Source: Octopus vulgaris
Lineage: Eukaryota
Reading direction: 5' to 3'
NCBI GenBank assembly: GCA_951406725.2
Contig: OX597820.1
Location: 55,428,001-55,492,000, forward strand
Length of the DNA stretch: 64,000 bases
In this document: in pieces, positions 63,098 through 64,000 of the stretch
Layout: every line of letters begins with the position of its first letter
Numbering within the stretch: position 1 is the stretch's first letter
Position numbers and translations under genes: made by a program
The notes under the pieces: model-generated
The model's database searches: none
The model's input: only the letters and a program-made list of their open reading frames with translations
Told to the model about the DNA's origin: nothing

Positions 63098-64000
63098 TGG
63101 ATTACATTTATGTTGGTTGTTTAAATGTGCGCGGCCTGGGAGCAGGCTGGAAGCAAGGTCGCTTCCTGCATGATATCAGGTCGCGTAATTTAGATGTTAT
63201 TGTTGCTACAGAAACCCGGCTAGAGGGGCCAAGAGGTCTACTCCCGCTGTTTGACGGCTACGAGAGTTTTTTCTCTCCTGGCAGTCCTACAGGCGGGAGT
63301 GGGGTGTTGGTCCTATTAAAAAGAAACCGGGTTTCTGAGAAAAAGTTAATTTTTGCAGATCCAGAAGGTAGGCTGGTCGTCATGGATTTGACGTTCAGTA
63401 ATGGTAAAGTTATCAGACTGGTTGCAATTTACGCACCCAACCATACAGGGCAAAGTGATTATTTTCGTGAACTAGAAAACTTTCTTGGTACTTCGCATTC
63501 ATTAGTGGTGCTAGGAGACTTTAACACAATTTGCAAAGCGGATGTAGATTATGTTGGCTCGTGTCCAGATAGAAAAGGCAACAGTGGCTTCATGGAACTG
63601 CTAAGCCGCTTTGAGCTAGCAGATCCTTATAGGCTGGAATTTCCGAACGCTCCATTGTGGACATGGTCAAACAGCGACGGATCTTCCAGGTCGTATCTAG
63701 ATAGAATACTAATTAGAAAAGTAGACAGTAAAATAGCTAAGTGTCCACAGTTTTACCCGATCAGCTACAGTGATCATAAAATGGTCACTTGTAAGCTTGA
63801 CATAGATAAGGTTAAAAATAGAGGATCCGGTTACTGGAAACTTAATACGTCCCTTTTGGCGATTAAGGAGTACAAAGACCGGATTAGGAATATAATTCAG
63901 AGGGCACTATCTGGTACCATCATTAATAACAAATGGTGGTACGCCCTCAAACGAGCCATCAAGTTTGAGTCTATTAGATATAGCATAGGAGTAGTGGCTA
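63097..64000 (+). CDS. Tx1/L1-type LINE ORF2, APE endonuclease domain (runs off window)
   Basis: Open frame MDYIYVGCLNVRGL...ATETRL...DPEGR...IYAPN...LGDFN...SYLDRI...SDHK...GYWKLN. Absent from the ORF track because it has no stop in the window. Confidence 0.93.
   Translation, partial: MDYIYVGCLNVRGLGAGWKQGRFLHDIRSRNLDVIVATETRLEGPRGLLPLFDGYESFFSPGSPTGGSGVLVLLKRNRVSEKKLIFADPEGRLVVMDLTFSNGKVIRLVAIYAPNHTGQSDYFRELENFLGTSHSLVVLGDFNTICKADVDYVGSCPDRKGNSGFMELLSRFELADPYRLEFPNAPLWTWSNSDGSSRSYLDRILIRKVDSKIAKCPQFYPISYSDHKMVTCKLDIDKVKNRGSGYWKLNTSLLAIKEYKDRIRNIIQRALSGTIINNKWWYALKRAIKFESIRYSIGVVA

Overview
AT-rich, microsatellite-saturated eukaryotic DNA. The SINE, RTE and MITE families look like those of a coleoid cephalopod, most likely Octopus; this is an inference from repeat content. 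Most of the window is transposon debris: tRNA-derived SINEs, RTE 3' tails ending in (GAT)n, Tc1/mariner, piggyBac and hAT MITEs, Helitron/Helentron relics, and CR1/Jockey-, HERO- and Tx1-like LINE pieces. Three things stand out. (1) One plausible host gene: an intronless 246-codon ORF (46358-47098, minus) with two PKI-like PKA pseudosubstrate motifs (RRNGMAD, RRNALHD), downstream of a perfect CRE and two CCAAT boxes. (2) Several (TA)n-associated Penelope-like pieces carrying minimal type I hammerhead ribozyme folds, in which the 3:8 core pair occurs as C-G, U-A and G-C, plus a 5'-truncated GIY-YIG Penelope-like element with an inverted pLTR. (3) An apparent ORF1-only LINE unit in tandem with a paralogous Tx1/L1-type LINE that runs off the window end. 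All calls are by eye and most repeat boundaries are approximate.
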